Counted from the first letter of the stretch, positions 9,301-18,651 are shown. The stretch is DNA of 64,000 nucleotides from Patescibacteria group bacterium (GCA_028864875.1 JAGWLV010000001.1:8288-72287), one strand, 5' to 3'. Translations and numbers: made by a program. The notes: generated by a model from the sequence alone, not told the origin.

Positions 9301-9387
9301 GGAGAGGTGGCTGAGTGGTCGAAGGCACCTGACTCGAAATCAGGCGTGGGGGCAACCTCACCGTGGGTTCGAATCCCACCCTCTCCG
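9301..9387 (+). tRNA. tRNA-Ser (anticodon CGA)
   Basis: Long variable arm, acceptor GGAGAGG/CCTCTCC, anticodon loop CTCGAAA. Confidence 0.85.
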
Positions 9388-9388
9388 C

Positions 9389-9463
9389 GGCCCTATCGTC
9401 TAACGGTTAGGACACGGCTCTTTCAAGGCCGGAATCCGGGTTCGATTCCCGGTAGGGTCACCA
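9389..9463 (+). tRNA. tRNA-Glu (anticodon TTC)
   Basis: Acceptor GGCCCTA/TAGGGTC, anticodon loop CTTTCAA, T-loop TTCGATT, CCA encoded; separated from tRNA-Ser by 1 nt. Confidence 0.85.
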
Positions 9464-10184
9464 GGTTAGAATTTTTATCAGCATTTGGCTGATTAAGCTC
9501 GTAAACTAGGGACATTTTCTTGGTTCCAAATTTTTGCCCATCAAATTCAACTTTTCCAGGAAATACGTGATTTTGGAATCGTGCCCGATATTCTGGGTAT
9601 GCAGCCAACTCTACCCACGTCTTTGCAGTCTCCCTCACAAACCGGAAGCAATATTCAAGAGCGACATCCATATCAAACTCCTCAATTTGATTGTCTTTAA
9701 GAAAAGCCTGCTTTTCACGAAGCTTGAGATTAACTAGGTTTTTCTGCTCCTTACGGAGTTCTTCTTTTTTGTATCCCGCTTTCACTCGTTCAGCCGCTTG
9801 AAGGATTTCATCCACTTTCTTTTTTGCTTCAGGGTCAGCCGCAAACCGCTTCTTGAACTCTTTATGCACATCCTCATTGGAAAATAATACTTTATATCGT
9901 CTCGCTCGTATTACCCAATCGAACTCGGCGAATTTTTGGGCGCGCCCTCCTGTTTCATCCTGGAAAATATATTCGGTCGTAATGGCCAGTTCAAAAAGGG
10001 TGCGGGAAAGTACCGCTGCGTCCTCTCCATATCCCTGTTCGCAAAGAAGCACGATTGCCGCATGAGTCTTATACGCCTTCCCGAGCGCAAAAAGTACGTG
10101 TCCCTCGCGGAGGTCCTCCGGCGGCCGGTGGTGATCTAAAACACTCTCGACGAGGGTGGTGACGGGCCCCGGCCCCAATGACAT
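9423..10184 (-). CDS. Hypothetical protein (about 253 aa) on a low-GC insertion; C-terminal codons read antisense through tRNA-Glu
   Basis: Continuous ORF from ATG about 10184 (MSLGPGPVTTL...) to stop inside tRNA-Glu; GC falls from about 65% to about 40% along the gene; Lys/Glu-rich C-terminal half. Confidence 0.45.
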   Translation of the reverse strand: MSLGPGPVTTLVESVLDHHRPPEDLREGHVLFALGKAYKTHAAIVLLCEQGYGEDAAVLSRTLFELAITTEYIFQDETGGRAQKFAEFDWVIRARRYKVLFSNEDVHKEFKKRFAADPEAKKKVDEILQAAERVKAGYKKEELRKEQKNLVNLKLREKQAFLKDNQIEEFDMDVALEYCFRFVRETAKTWVELAAYPEYRARFQNHVFPGKVEFDGQKFGTKKMSLVYELNQPNADKNSNLVTLPGIEPGFRP

Positions 10185-10449
10185 CGCGGCGGGGAAGGTG
10201 ACTATGGAAAACGTCGGCATCAACGGCGGCATGATGAAGGCAAATGCGCAGAAGCCCGCCGCCGGCTCGGGCCCCAACTCGTTCGTCTCTATCATCGGGA
10301 TTAAAAACATCGACGAGATGATGAAGAAGATTGAGGCGGCGGGCGGAGTGCCACAGACCGACAAAATGGATGTGCCGAACGTCGGGCAGATCCGCTACTA
10401 CAACGATACGGAAGGGAATATGTTCGGCATCATCGAGCCCAAGATGTAA
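10156..10449 (+). CDS. VOC/glyoxalase-family domain protein, short (possible remnant of a longer gene)
   Basis: C-terminal GGVPQTDKMDVPNVGQIRYYNDTEGNMFGIIEP resembles a VOC beta-alpha-beta-beta-beta module; only 97 aa; 5' end overlaps the opposite-strand island gene. Confidence 0.45.
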   Translation: MVTGPGPNDIAAGKVTMENVGINGGMMKANAQKPAAGSGPNSFVSIIGIKNIDEMMKKIEAAGGVPQTDKMDVPNVGQIRYYNDTEGNMFGIIEPKM

Positions 10450-10464
10450 AACAAAAGCGCGGGC

Positions 10465-11118
10465 TCATTGAGCCCGCGCTTCGGGAGAACGCCACTCCCA
10501 GTACCTTTTCTTTTTGACAAAACCGAGTTGACGCGCGGTCCCGTCATAGCGCCGCCGCATACGCCGACGGTGTTCATCACGCTCCCTTTTGTACGCGACG
10601 ATGTTTTTTGTCTGTATATCAGGGCGATAGTAGAACATGCCCTGATCGGCTCCATAGAGTCGCAGTACAAACCTGTGCCTGTGCGCAAATTCCATGCACC
10701 CGTAGACCAGGAACTTCGGCCACTGAGAGATCCCGCCCCGGGTTTGGATTCCAAAGACTCCTTGCATCTGTCTGATGGAGAGCACGTTCCCCAGCAATTC
10801 AACCCCTAACCCACAAATGGGAGTCTGGGGTTTGCCGACAAAGACAGTGATTCCTGCGGGCGCCTCCCAGCATATCGGGTGTGTTATTACGCCCGCCACG
10901 CTCGTTTCGTAGCCGCTGCGTCCCATGATTGCCCACCGGACACCGACGGGACCACCGATTTCTTCGTGGAAGCACTGCCCGACTAGGCAAGCAAGTGCTT
11001 CGACTTCATCACTGCGGCGGCTAGTGAGCCGGGACATGATATAGAAGCGCGCTCGTAAACGCAGAACCTCCGCACGGGACACCATGCGGATGAGAAGACG
11101 GAGAATTTTCTCTCGCAT
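10465..11118 (-). CDS. Hypothetical protein (start uncertain, 190-217 aa)
   Basis: Long ORF with basic Arg-rich C-terminus; GC about 55%; terminator hairpin overlaps stop codon. Confidence 0.45.
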   Translation of the reverse strand: MREKILRLLIRMVSRAEVLRLRARFYIMSRLTSRRSDEVEALACLVGQCFHEEIGGPVGVRWAIMGRSGYETSVAGVITHPICWEAPAGITVFVGKPQTPICGLGVELLGNVLSIRQMQGVFGIQTRGGISQWPKFLVYGCMEFAHRHRFVLRLYGADQGMFYYRPDIQTKNIVAYKRERDEHRRRMRRRYDGTARQLGFVKKKRYWEWRSPEARAQ

Positions 11119-11203
11119 GGAGCACCTGCTCTATTCTTCAGCCGCATTTCTTATACGCTTTTGTGGCCGCCCATGCAAGCGGGAGAGGGGGTATACTTGG
11201 GGT

Positions 11204-11626
11204 ATGGACGAGGGCGATGTAAACATCCCCGAAGACACAGATATGGTATCTATGCCTGAGCGGGGGGTACGGCACTATTACGGCGACATTGTGCGCTGGC
11301 TGTTTGTGGCGGCGGCGCTGGTCATGATAGTGGCGCTGCCGGTGTACCCGGACCTTATCGCCTATCCGGTGTCGCTCCAGTTGGCGTGGGCGGTGGTGCT
11401 TATTGTCTTTGCGGCGCTCACGAGCCCGCGTAGAGCGTGGCCGAGCTTCGGCGATGCGATTCTTGCGGTGCTAGGGCTCGTGCTTTTTGAAACAATAGCA
11501 ATAAGCGCGTACGAGGGGAGTGCATGGGTCCCGTTTATGTTGCGCGAGGGCTTTGCGGTGCTCTACGCACTTGCGCTCTACTTCAGCATCAAGACAGTGC
11601 GCGCGCGGGTGATGGGGCGGAGCTAA
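11204..11626 (+). CDS. Hypothetical membrane protein (4 predicted TM helices)
   Basis: Start taken at MDEGDVNIPED; hydrophobic helices throughout; 3' end overlaps trxB-like stop region. Confidence 0.5.
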   Translation: MDEGDVNIPEDTDMVSMPERGVRHYYGDIVRWLFVAAALVMIVALPVYPDLIAYPVSLQLAWAVVLIVFAALTSPRRAWPSFGDAILAVLGLVLFETIAISAYEGSAWVPFMLREGFAVLYALALYFSIKTVRARVMGRS

Positions 11627-12551
11627 CCACCGGTTGGGATTTGATCCAAAAGTATGCGTCTTCGAGCGCCTTGACCGCATCGCCCGCGGCGATGTTGTTT
11701 TGGTGGTAGAGTTCGTCGGTGCAGTCGCCCGCGGCCCACACGCCCTCGGCACTCGTGCGCTGGCTCTTGCCATCTACTTTAATCCGGCCCCACTCGTCGA
11801 GTTGGACGAGCCCTGTGACCAAGCCGGTCGCGGGGACCATCCCGATTTCTACAAAAATTCCTGTCACAGGGAGCTCGGTTTGCGCGCCGGTGTCCACATT
11901 TTTGACCACGAGGCCTTTCACAAACGGGCCGCCACGCATCTCAACGGGCACGCTGCTCGTGAGCACCTTCATGTTGGGGTGCGCGGTCACCGCGTCCACC
12001 GTCGCCTTATCGGCCTTGGTGCAGGTTGGACCACGGTGGATGAGCGTAACCGATTTGCAATAGGCGAGGAGTTGCGCCGCGGTTTCGAACCCCGCGTTGC
12101 CGCCGCCGACGACCGCGACGTCTTGCCCGGAGAAAAGCGGCCCGTCGCACGAAGCACAGTAGGTGAGGCCTTTGTTTTCAAACTCGCGCGCGCCGGGGAT
12201 GTCGAGCGTGCGGCGCACGCCGCCTGTCGCCACAAGCACGGCGCGGGCTTGATACGTTTGGCCCGCTTCGACAGAAAAACCGCCCGCAATCTTGGAAACT
12301 TTGGTGGCGCGGGTGCCGAGTTTGATCTCCAAAACATCGCCCGCGTACTCCTTTAAGTGCTTTTCGAGCGCGGATTGCAACTCAAGCCCCGCGATGTGCG
12401 TTGTACCTATCCAATTTTGGATATCTTGGGAGTCTATCGACTGGCCACCTATCGCTTCAGCAATAAAAATGGTTTTCAGCCGCTTGCGCGCCGCGTACAC
12501 ACCTGCCGCTGTGCCCGCCGGCCCGCCCCCGATTATTGCAAGATCATACAT
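11589..12551 (-). CDS. trxB: Thioredoxin-disulfide reductase-like FAD/NAD(P)-dependent oxidoreductase
   Basis: GGGPAG FAD motif at N-terminus, redox-active CASCD, GGGNAG NAD(P)H motif, C-terminal FAD-binding GD motif. Confidence 0.85.
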   Translation of the reverse strand: MYDLAIIGGGPAGTAAGVYAARKRLKTIFIAEAIGGQSIDSQDIQNWIGTTHIAGLELQSALEKHLKEYAGDVLEIKLGTRATKVSKIAGGFSVEAGQTYQARAVLVATGGVRRTLDIPGAREFENKGLTYCASCDGPLFSGQDVAVVGGGNAGFETAAQLLAYCKSVTLIHRGPTCTKADKATVDAVTAHPNMKVLTSSVPVEMRGGPFVKGLVVKNVDTGAQTELPVTGIFVEIGMVPATGLVTGLVQLDEWGRIKVDGKSQRTSAEGVWAAGDCTDELYHQNNIAAGDAVKALEDAYFWIKSQPVVSSAPSPARALS

Positions 12552-12642
12552 AGTTAGAAGTATACAGCGAAGCGAGCCGAAAGAAGTCGATTAGACTTGG
12601 CCTAGCGGCCCGGAGCGCCGACTTCGTCGGCTTGCGAGCGAA

Positions 12643-13824
12643 CTACTTTATTTTTGGGCGGCGCAGGAAGCTCGGCACCGCGCCCCACTCTTCCTCTTCT
12701 TCCTCCTCCACTTTCTTGGGGGTTAAGACAGGCTCGGGCATCTTTAGTGTGCTCGGGCGCTCGTCTTCGGCGACTTTCTTTTCCTTTGCAAGGGGCTTCA
12801 GCGGCGCTTCGTCCTTTTCGCGCGAGCCGAATGCGGCAAAGAGCGGCGTGCCGCGCGGTGCGACCCCCGCGGCGGGGAAGCCTGTGGCAATCACGGTCAC
12901 CTTTATTTCGCCCTTCTTGAGCTTGTCGTCCTTGATGGCGCCGAAGATTATTTTGGCGTTGGGGTCTACCGACTCGGTGATTATCTTTGCAGCTTCGTGG
13001 ACTTCAAGCATGCCGAGGTCGTCGCCGCCTGCGATGGCAAAGAGCACACCCTTGGCGCCATTGATAGAGAGTTCAAGGAGCGGGGAAGACACGGCGGCCT
13101 TGGCTGCCTGGGCGGCGCGGTGCTCGCCCGAGGCGATGCCGATGCCCATGAGCGCGGAGCCCGAGTTTTGCATAACGGCGCGCACATCGGCAAAGTCGAC
13201 GTTGATGATGCCGGGGTGAGTGATGAGGTCGGAGATGCCCTCGACGGCCTGCTTGAGCACGTCGTCGCACATCGCAAAGGCCTGCTTGAGGGTCGTCTCC
13301 TTGCCGACGGTTGCCAATAGGCGGTCGTTGGGGATGACGATGAGCGCGTCCACCTCCTTGCGCAGGTCTTCGAGGCCCTGCTCGGCGATACGCATGCGCT
13401 GAGCCCCCTCAAAGGAGAAGGGTTTGGTGACCACCGCTACCGTCAGGGCGCCGAGTTCGCGGGCGGTACTCGCAATAACGGGCGCCGCACCGGTGCCGGT
13501 GCCGCCGCCCATGCCGCAGGCGACAAAGACCATGTCGGAGCCTTTGATGGATTGCTGGATTTCCTCTTTCGTCTCTTCGCTGGCGCGCTTGCCGAGTTCC
13601 GGATTCATCCCTGCACCGAGCCCGCGGGTGAGGTTTTTGCCTATGTGGATTTTTTTGCGGGCTTGGGAATTGTGGAGGTCTTGCGCGTCGGTGTTGATGG
13701 TAACAAAATCAACGCCGCGCACCTTCTCCTCTATCATGTGGTTGATTGCGTTCTTGCCCGAGCCGCCCACGCCTATAACTCGAATCCTCGCGAACGCCTC
13801 GATTTCCGGTTGAATCTGCGCCAT
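12643..13824 (-). CDS. ftsZ: Cell division protein FtsZ
   Basis: Tubulin signature GGGTGTG, full FtsZ N- and C-domains, C-terminal conserved peptide. Confidence 0.95.
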   Translation of the reverse strand: MAQIQPEIEAFARIRVIGVGGSGKNAINHMIEEKVRGVDFVTINTDAQDLHNSQARKKIHIGKNLTRGLGAGMNPELGKRASEETKEEIQQSIKGSDMVFVACGMGGGTGTGAAPVIASTARELGALTVAVVTKPFSFEGAQRMRIAEQGLEDLRKEVDALIVIPNDRLLATVGKETTLKQAFAMCDDVLKQAVEGISDLITHPGIINVDFADVRAVMQNSGSALMGIGIASGEHRAAQAAKAAVSSPLLELSINGAKGVLFAIAGGDDLGMLEVHEAAKIITESVDPNAKIIFGAIKDDKLKKGEIKVTVIATGFPAAGVAPRGTPLFAAFGSREKDEAPLKPLAKEKKVAEDERPSTLKMPEPVLTPKKVEEEEEEEWGAVPSFLRRPKIK

Positions 13825-14101
13825 GATAATTAATTAGTCTCTATTTATTAATTGGCCCCGATTAATATCTACACAACTGTACACCTGGGTGTTCGCTTTG
13901 CAACTACTACCGTGAAGGGATTTTTTGTGTTGTACACACAGCTCGCGAACTCAAACAAAATGGCTCAACCACAACTTTATTTTGTTGATATACAAAACTA
14001 CTGTTCACACATATTCCACACACAAACGGTGAGAGTATTGACTGGCAGCACCAAAACTGCTACAGTATCTCGCAACGAGGCAGACAATCCAGGAGCGCTC
14101 C

Positions 14102-14356
14102 ATGCACATTCTTTCGCCAAGAGGTTTGGCAGCGGAGCGGACACTCGTCTGCGTCGCTGCGGTTAGCTTGCTCGCTGCTTTCCAAGGGTCACTTCCCAAG
14201 GAAAAAGTCGAGCAACAGATCGAAACGTGGGAAGGGCAACTCGGTCCTGACAAAATCGCGCTCGCTCGCAGAGCTGCGCAGAGAATGCAGATCGACAAAG
14301 CCCAACCAGGCGACGTCTACAAGTACGTCGAAGAAGCACAACAGCCGCTCAATTAG
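14102..14356 (+). CDS. Hypothetical small protein (84 aa) in ftsA-ftsZ spacer
   Basis: ORF only; sits between ftsA and ftsZ on the opposite strand, followed by a strong terminator. Confidence 0.3.
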   Translation: MHILSPRGLAAERTLVCVAAVSLLAAFQGSLPKEKVEQQIETWEGQLGPDKIALARRAAQRMQIDKAQPGDVYKYVEEAQQPLN

Positions 14357-14365
14357 CGGCATCAA

Positions 14366-14398
14366 TAAAAAAGCCCGGCGGAAACGCCGGGCTTTTAC
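14366..14398. terminator. Rho-independent terminator downstream of ftsA
   Basis: aagcccggcg-gaaa-cgccgggctttt with flanking A-run, so it functions on both strands. Confidence 0.7.
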
Positions 14399-14405
14399 CT
14401 TGCTT

Positions 14406-15581
14406 TTATGGCAAAAACTTTTTAAGCCAGCGCCAGGTGCTTGAGAGGGGGGTGGTGGCGTTCTCTGCGGAGGCAACCTCCATCGAGGCGCCCTCGCCGC
14501 CGCCCCATACCGTGAGCCCGCAGGCTACCGCCCACGAAGCGTCGCGCAACTCGAGTGTGCGGGCGAGCGCCTCGGCCGCCGAGGCCGTGCGGGAGGGGAG
14601 CCGGAGCGAGCTTTTTGCTATTTCTGCAATATTGGTGAGTGCCGAGGAGCCGCCAGTGATGACGACACCGGCGGGGAGGAGCTCGTCTTTGTGGATTTTT
14701 TTGAGGTGGGTTTCGACGAGCTTAAACATGTCCGCGATGCGCCGCGCGATGATGTCGTCTATTTTGCGCTTGGGGAAGGGGGCGCCGAGTATCGCGCCGT
14801 GCTTGAGCTGCTCAGCCTCCTCAGGGATGATGCGCAATCCGAGTGCGAGGTCGTTGGTGATGTCCGCCCCGCCTACAGGAAACACTTTGACCGAAATGGG
14901 GATTGAGTCTTCAAACACGGCGATAGAAAGAGTTTCGGAGCCGACGTTTGCAAGCACGCAGCCCACGCGCTTCTGCATTTTGGAGAGGACGACGAAAGAG
15001 GCGGCGATAGGCGAAGCTATGACGTCGTCGACTTCGACCCCGGCCTCTTCGACCGCGGCAACAAGGTCGTGCATGTGACGCTCGAGGGCCGTAATAAAGA
15101 GCATGTCGACCGCAAGGCGCGCGCCCTTGAGGCCGACAGGCGAGCGGCCCAAAACGCGCGCGCCATCGACAAAAAAGCGCAGCGGGATTTCGTGTATGAC
15201 GCGGCGATTGAGCACCGCGGCCGGGGGGAGCGCCGCGCGCGCTTGTGCCACCGCGCGCGGGATGTCGCGCGCCGTGACCTCGGAGTCGCCGCGCTCGACC
15301 ACCACCTCCCCGCGGCTCGTCGCCTCCTCGAGCCCTAGGCCGCCGATGCCGATGTAGGCGCGCTTGGGCCGCACGCGCGCGGCGCGTGCGGCCTGATTGA
15401 GCGCCGCGGAAATCGAGCGCGCCGCCTCCGGAACCGAGAGCACGTACCCTTGGCGCATGCCGCGGGACTCTGCATATCCTGTGCCCAAAATGCGCGGGGC
15501 ACTGCGGCCGCTTTCGAGTTCGGCTATGACGACTTTAACGTTGTAGGTTCCAACATCGATGCCTGTAACAACTTTAGCCAT
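14406..15581 (-). CDS. ftsA: Cell division protein FtsA
   Basis: Actin-like ATPase fold, N-terminal VGIDVGTYNVKVV phosphate-1 motif, adjacent to ftsZ. Confidence 0.9.
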   Translation of the reverse strand: MAKVVTGIDVGTYNVKVVIAELESGRSAPRILGTGYAESRGMRQGYVLSVPEAARSISAALNQAARAARVRPKRAYIGIGGLGLEEATSRGEVVVERGDSEVTARDIPRAVAQARAALPPAAVLNRRVIHEIPLRFFVDGARVLGRSPVGLKGARLAVDMLFITALERHMHDLVAAVEEAGVEVDDVIASPIAASFVVLSKMQKRVGCVLANVGSETLSIAVFEDSIPISVKVFPVGGADITNDLALGLRIIPEEAEQLKHGAILGAPFPKRKIDDIIARRIADMFKLVETHLKKIHKDELLPAGVVITGGSSALTNIAEIAKSSLRLPSRTASAAEALARTLELRDASWAVACGLTVWGGGEGASMEVASAENATTPLSSTWRWLKKFLP

Positions 15582-15650
15582 ATGAAAAAAGCGGTGTGTG
15601 TCCGCTCATTCTAACCTGATTTTGTGTATCTCCGCTCTACAAAGAGTGGA

Positions 15651-15905
15651 TTAGCGGCGTCCGCGGCCGCGTGGCGCGCGCTCGACCATTTTGCCGAGCT
15701 TGATGAGTTCCTGAACTTCCTCGCGGCGCTTAATAACTTTGAGCGCGTGCTTGCGCTTGACCTGCTTGGACTTCGGGCGGGCGAAGTAGCGGCCCCCGCG
15801 CACGGCGGGGATTACCTGGGCTCCCTGGACGCGACGCGAAAAGCGGCGGATGAGATTTACCGCCGACTCACCCTCGTTCTTGGTGACTTCTGCATTGGTC
15901 GCCAT
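15651..15905 (-). CDS. rpsU: 30S ribosomal protein S21
   Basis: AEVTKNEGESAVNLIRRFSRRVQGAQV...RGGRYFARPKSKQVKRKHA matches bS21 pattern; start set at internal ATG (MATNAEV). Confidence 0.7.
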   Translation of the reverse strand: MATNAEVTKNEGESAVNLIRRFSRRVQGAQVIPAVRGGRYFARPKSKQVKRKHALKVIKRREEVQELIKLGKMVERAPRGRGRR

Positions 15906-15950
15906 TGCGCAGAGGACTATACCATATAGATACGCACTTCGCAAAATCCC

Positions 15951-16014
15951 TCTGCTCCGGAGAGATGTACACGACCCCAACTCCTCCGCAGAGGGATTTT
16001 GCTCCGCTTTTATT
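15951..16014 (-). promoter_or_regulatory. Long imperfect hairpin (about 19-bp stem) between hisS stop and rpsU start
   Basis: gcaaaatccctctgc(tcc)ggag ... ctccgcagagggattttgc inverted repeat, no T-tract. Confidence 0.4.
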
Positions 16015-17125
16015 TGAGCGTTTTTAAAAACTTGGGCAGCTGGAGAAGAGGGACTATATCTTGCGAGGAATTTTTGATTTGCCGGACGATGACGGTGCCG
16101 TCGAGCACCTCGCGCTGGCCCATGATGATGAGATGCGATACCCCCGCCACAGTAGCCTCGCGCAGCTGGTCGCCGAGGTGCGCGGGATTAAACGAGTGGA
16201 GCACGGGGATGTGCGCGCGCCGCAAGTCCTCCAGCACCGAGAGAGCGCGCAGCTTCGCGGGGAGGCCGAGCTGCACGAAGTAGAGTTTGGCGCGCACAGC
16301 GCGCGCGCTCGGCAGCCCGGAGGAAGAGAGGCCTTTCTTGCGGAAGAAAACGCTCGCGCCCACCGCGGGTATCTGCCGGCCGGTAGAGCGGCGGGCAAAC
16401 TCGTCGAAGCGCCCGCCGAGCGTGCCCACAACGGTCGCGTCCTCCACCTCGGTGTCGAGTGCAAAGAGTATGCGCGGGTCGCGCTCGTCGCTCGCAAGCA
16501 GGTCGTCGAGCTCGTAAGGGAGCCCCAGGTGCTCGAGGTGCTCGAGCACCGTGCGGAAGTGCACGCGGCTCTTTTCGGTCAAAAAGTTGACCGGTCGCGG
16601 CCCTGTTTCGACAATGGTGCGGCAGGCCTGGCTCGTGCAGGTGTAGGCGCGCAGCGGATTGTGGCTCAAGGAGTTGCGACACGCCTCGTCGAGGTGCTCG
16701 GCCTTGCGCCGCAAGTACGCGGTGAGCTCGCGCTCAAAGCGCGCGCGCGAATCCTTGTCGCCGAGCGCGTTGAGCCGCACGCGCACCGGCGTGGCGCCCC
16801 ACTCGCCGAGCATCGTCCAAAGCACTTTCATGAGCATTACTTCACCGACGCTCTCTTCGGAGCCGACGACCTGAAGTCCGACTTCGCCCACGTCGCGCGC
16901 AACGCTGCCCGCGGGCGTGTGGCTGGGGTTGGTGCTCGCGTAGTAGTAGAGGAGCGGCACGCCGGCGGAGGCGCGCACGCCCACCTGGAGTGCGGAGGCG
17001 AATGTCGGCGCGCTGAAGCGCCGCCCCTCCGGCAGGTCGCGCAGCGGTTTGAAGCCGTAGTAGCCCGCGACGTCCTGCGCATGTTTGACGAATGCCGACG
17101 GCGTGCGCGGGGTGCCTTTGGTCAT
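16010..17125 (-). CDS. hisS: Histidine--tRNA ligase
   Basis: Class II aaRS core with GGRFDEF (HisRS GGRYD-like) motif and C-terminal anticodon-binding domain (HLIIMGQREVLDGTVIVRQI); start set at ATG overlapping lepB stop. Confidence 0.8.
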   Translation of the reverse strand: MTKGTPRTPSAFVKHAQDVAGYYGFKPLRDLPEGRRFSAPTFASALQVGVRASAGVPLLYYYASTNPSHTPAGSVARDVGEVGLQVVGSEESVGEVMLMKVLWTMLGEWGATPVRVRLNALGDKDSRARFERELTAYLRRKAEHLDEACRNSLSHNPLRAYTCTSQACRTIVETGPRPVNFLTEKSRVHFRTVLEHLEHLGLPYELDDLLASDERDPRILFALDTEVEDATVVGTLGGRFDEFARRSTGRQIPAVGASVFFRKKGLSSSGLPSARAVRAKLYFVQLGLPAKLRALSVLEDLRRAHIPVLHSFNPAHLGDQLREATVAGVSHLIIMGQREVLDGTVIVRQIKNSSQDIVPLLQLPKFLKTLK

Positions 17126-17694
17126 GGCAATTGTGCCTTGCCCGGGAAGATACTCACAGAAGTGATGGGGAGGAGCCGTACGAAGACGCGCCCGACAATA
17201 TTTGTGCGCGGCAAGGGCCCCCACACGCGGCTGTCGCTAGAAGCAGGTCTGTTGTCGCCGAGCACAAAGTACTCGTCGCCTCCGAGGGTATATGTGGCGT
17301 CGGAACCGTTGCCCTGATTGACGACGTAGGACTCGTCGAGCACCACATTTTGGCCGCTTGCTTCCTTTACCGAGATAGCGCCACCGGAAATAGTCACTGT
17401 TTCATTAGGGAGGCCTATGATGCGCTTGATAAAGAACTGCGAGGGGTTGCGCGGGTAGCGGAATACGATGACGTCGCCGCGCTGAGGCACCTCAAAGTGG
17501 TACGTAAGCTCATCGATGATGAGGTACTGGCCGTCTTTAAAGGTCGGCTCCATCGATGAGCCGGAGACGACATAGGGCTTGGCTACAAAAAGCCGCACCG
17601 GGGCGACGATGATGACCGCAAGAACGAGAAACTTCAGCAATTCCACCAAGAGACTACTGCGACGCTCTTGGTTCTGCGGAGGCATGGAGGGCAT
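17122..17694 (-). CDS. lepB: Signal peptidase I
   Basis: Catalytic Ser box SGSSMEPT, Lys box, GDNRPASSDSR box E; start ambiguous (ATG 17694 or GTG 17775). Confidence 0.85.
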   Translation of the reverse strand: MPSMPPQNQERRSSLLVELLKFLVLAVIIVAPVRLFVAKPYVVSGSSMEPTFKDGQYLIIDELTYHFEVPQRGDVIVFRYPRNPSQFFIKRIIGLPNETVTISGGAISVKEASGQNVVLDESYVVNQGNGSDATYTLGGDEYFVLGDNRPASSDSRVWGPLPRTNIVGRVFVRLLPITSVSIFPGKAQLP

Positions 17695-17722
17695 TGTACG
17701 CCTCGCGGTGTACAATGCAAGG

Positions 17723-18253
17723 GTGAGCTGGACAATTGTAGGTTTAGGGAATCCGAAAGATGAGTATGAAGGCACGCGTCACAACGTCGGGCAGGATGTG
17801 GTGGCAGAAATTGAGGAGAAATTGCCCTCCGGAGCCAAGGTACGCGCGCTCAATGTATATATGAACAACTCCGGCGGGGCGGTGCGCGCGCTCGTGCCCT
17901 CCGCAAAGGCCGCACAGAAGCTCGTTGTGGTGCACGACGAGCTCGACCTGCCCCTGGGGAAGATAAAGATATCAACCGGCGGCTCCGGGGGAGGACACAA
18001 CGGGGTCAAATCAATCATCCGCGCCCTCAAGACGGAGGATTTTGTGCGCGTGCGGATAGGGATCAGTCCCTCGAGCCCCGCGGGCAAGCCCAAACGCCCC
18101 GACGGGAAGAAGGTCGTCGACTTTGTGTTGGGGAAGTTCCGCCCGCCCGAGCGCGAGAAGCTCAAAAAAGTAAAAAAGCTGCTCTCCGAAGCGCTCGCGC
18201 TCATCGTTGAGCACGGCGTCGACCGCGCCCAGAGCGAAATCAACGCGCGCTAG
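17723..18253 (+). CDS. pth: Peptidyl-tRNA hydrolase
   Basis: IVGLGNPKDEYEGTRHNVG N-terminal signature; start ambiguous (GTG 17723 or ATG 17684). Confidence 0.85.
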   Translation: MSWTIVGLGNPKDEYEGTRHNVGQDVVAEIEEKLPSGAKVRALNVYMNNSGGAVRALVPSAKAAQKLVVVHDELDLPLGKIKISTGGSGGGHNGVKSIIRALKTEDFVRVRIGISPSSPAGKPKRPDGKKVVDFVLGKFRPPEREKLKKVKKLLSEALALIVEHGVDRAQSEINAR

Positions 18254-18321
18254 GGGTTGCAAACTCCCCGTCCACGAAGTACTTTCAATAGTGGCTGAAA
18301 TATACATCATGAGGTCTGCAC

Positions 18322-18651
18322 ATGTCCGAGAACATACCAGGCAGGGACGCACCTCACACCGTTAGGATTGGGGAGCTCTCCGTGCATCTGCTGGAGCCGG
18401 TGGTGCACTTCAGGGGCACCAGGTTTAAGACGACGCCCTTTGAATATGAAGTGCTGCGCTATCTTGTGCTCAGGAGCCCGACCCCCGTCTACGCCAAGAA
18501 GGTAATCGAACACATCACCGTCCCGGGCGAAGTGCCGCACTTGGCCCCGGTGCTCTCCCTGGCCGTCAGCCGGATGCGCAAACGCCTCGGCATCGCATAC
18601 CTGCCTCCGCGGGGGCGGGGGTATGTACTGCGCGCACCGGCGGTCGACTAA
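18322..18651 (+). CDS. Stand-alone OmpR/PhoB-type winged-helix DNA-binding protein
   Basis: Trans_reg_C-like segment FEYEVLRYLVLR...VYAKKVIEHI...LAVSRMRKRLG...RGRGYVL without receiver domain. Confidence 0.65.
   Translation: MSENIPGRDAPHTVRIGELSVHLLEPVVHFRGTRFKTTPFEYEVLRYLVLRSPTPVYAKKVIEHITVPGEVPHLAPVLSLAVSRMRKRLGIAYLPPRGRGYVLRAPAVD

Noticed and set aside
9256-9492. 78-aa ORF across tRNA-Ser and tRNA-Glu; similarly 32718..32996 and 2518..2949 across tRNA clusters
   Set aside because: These are translations of tRNA genes. The tRNA folds are clear, so the ORFs are artefacts.
16061-17317. 418-aa plus-strand ORF overlapping hisS and lepB
   Set aside because: It is antisense to two recognisable genes and has a low-complexity Ala/Arg-rich sequence.
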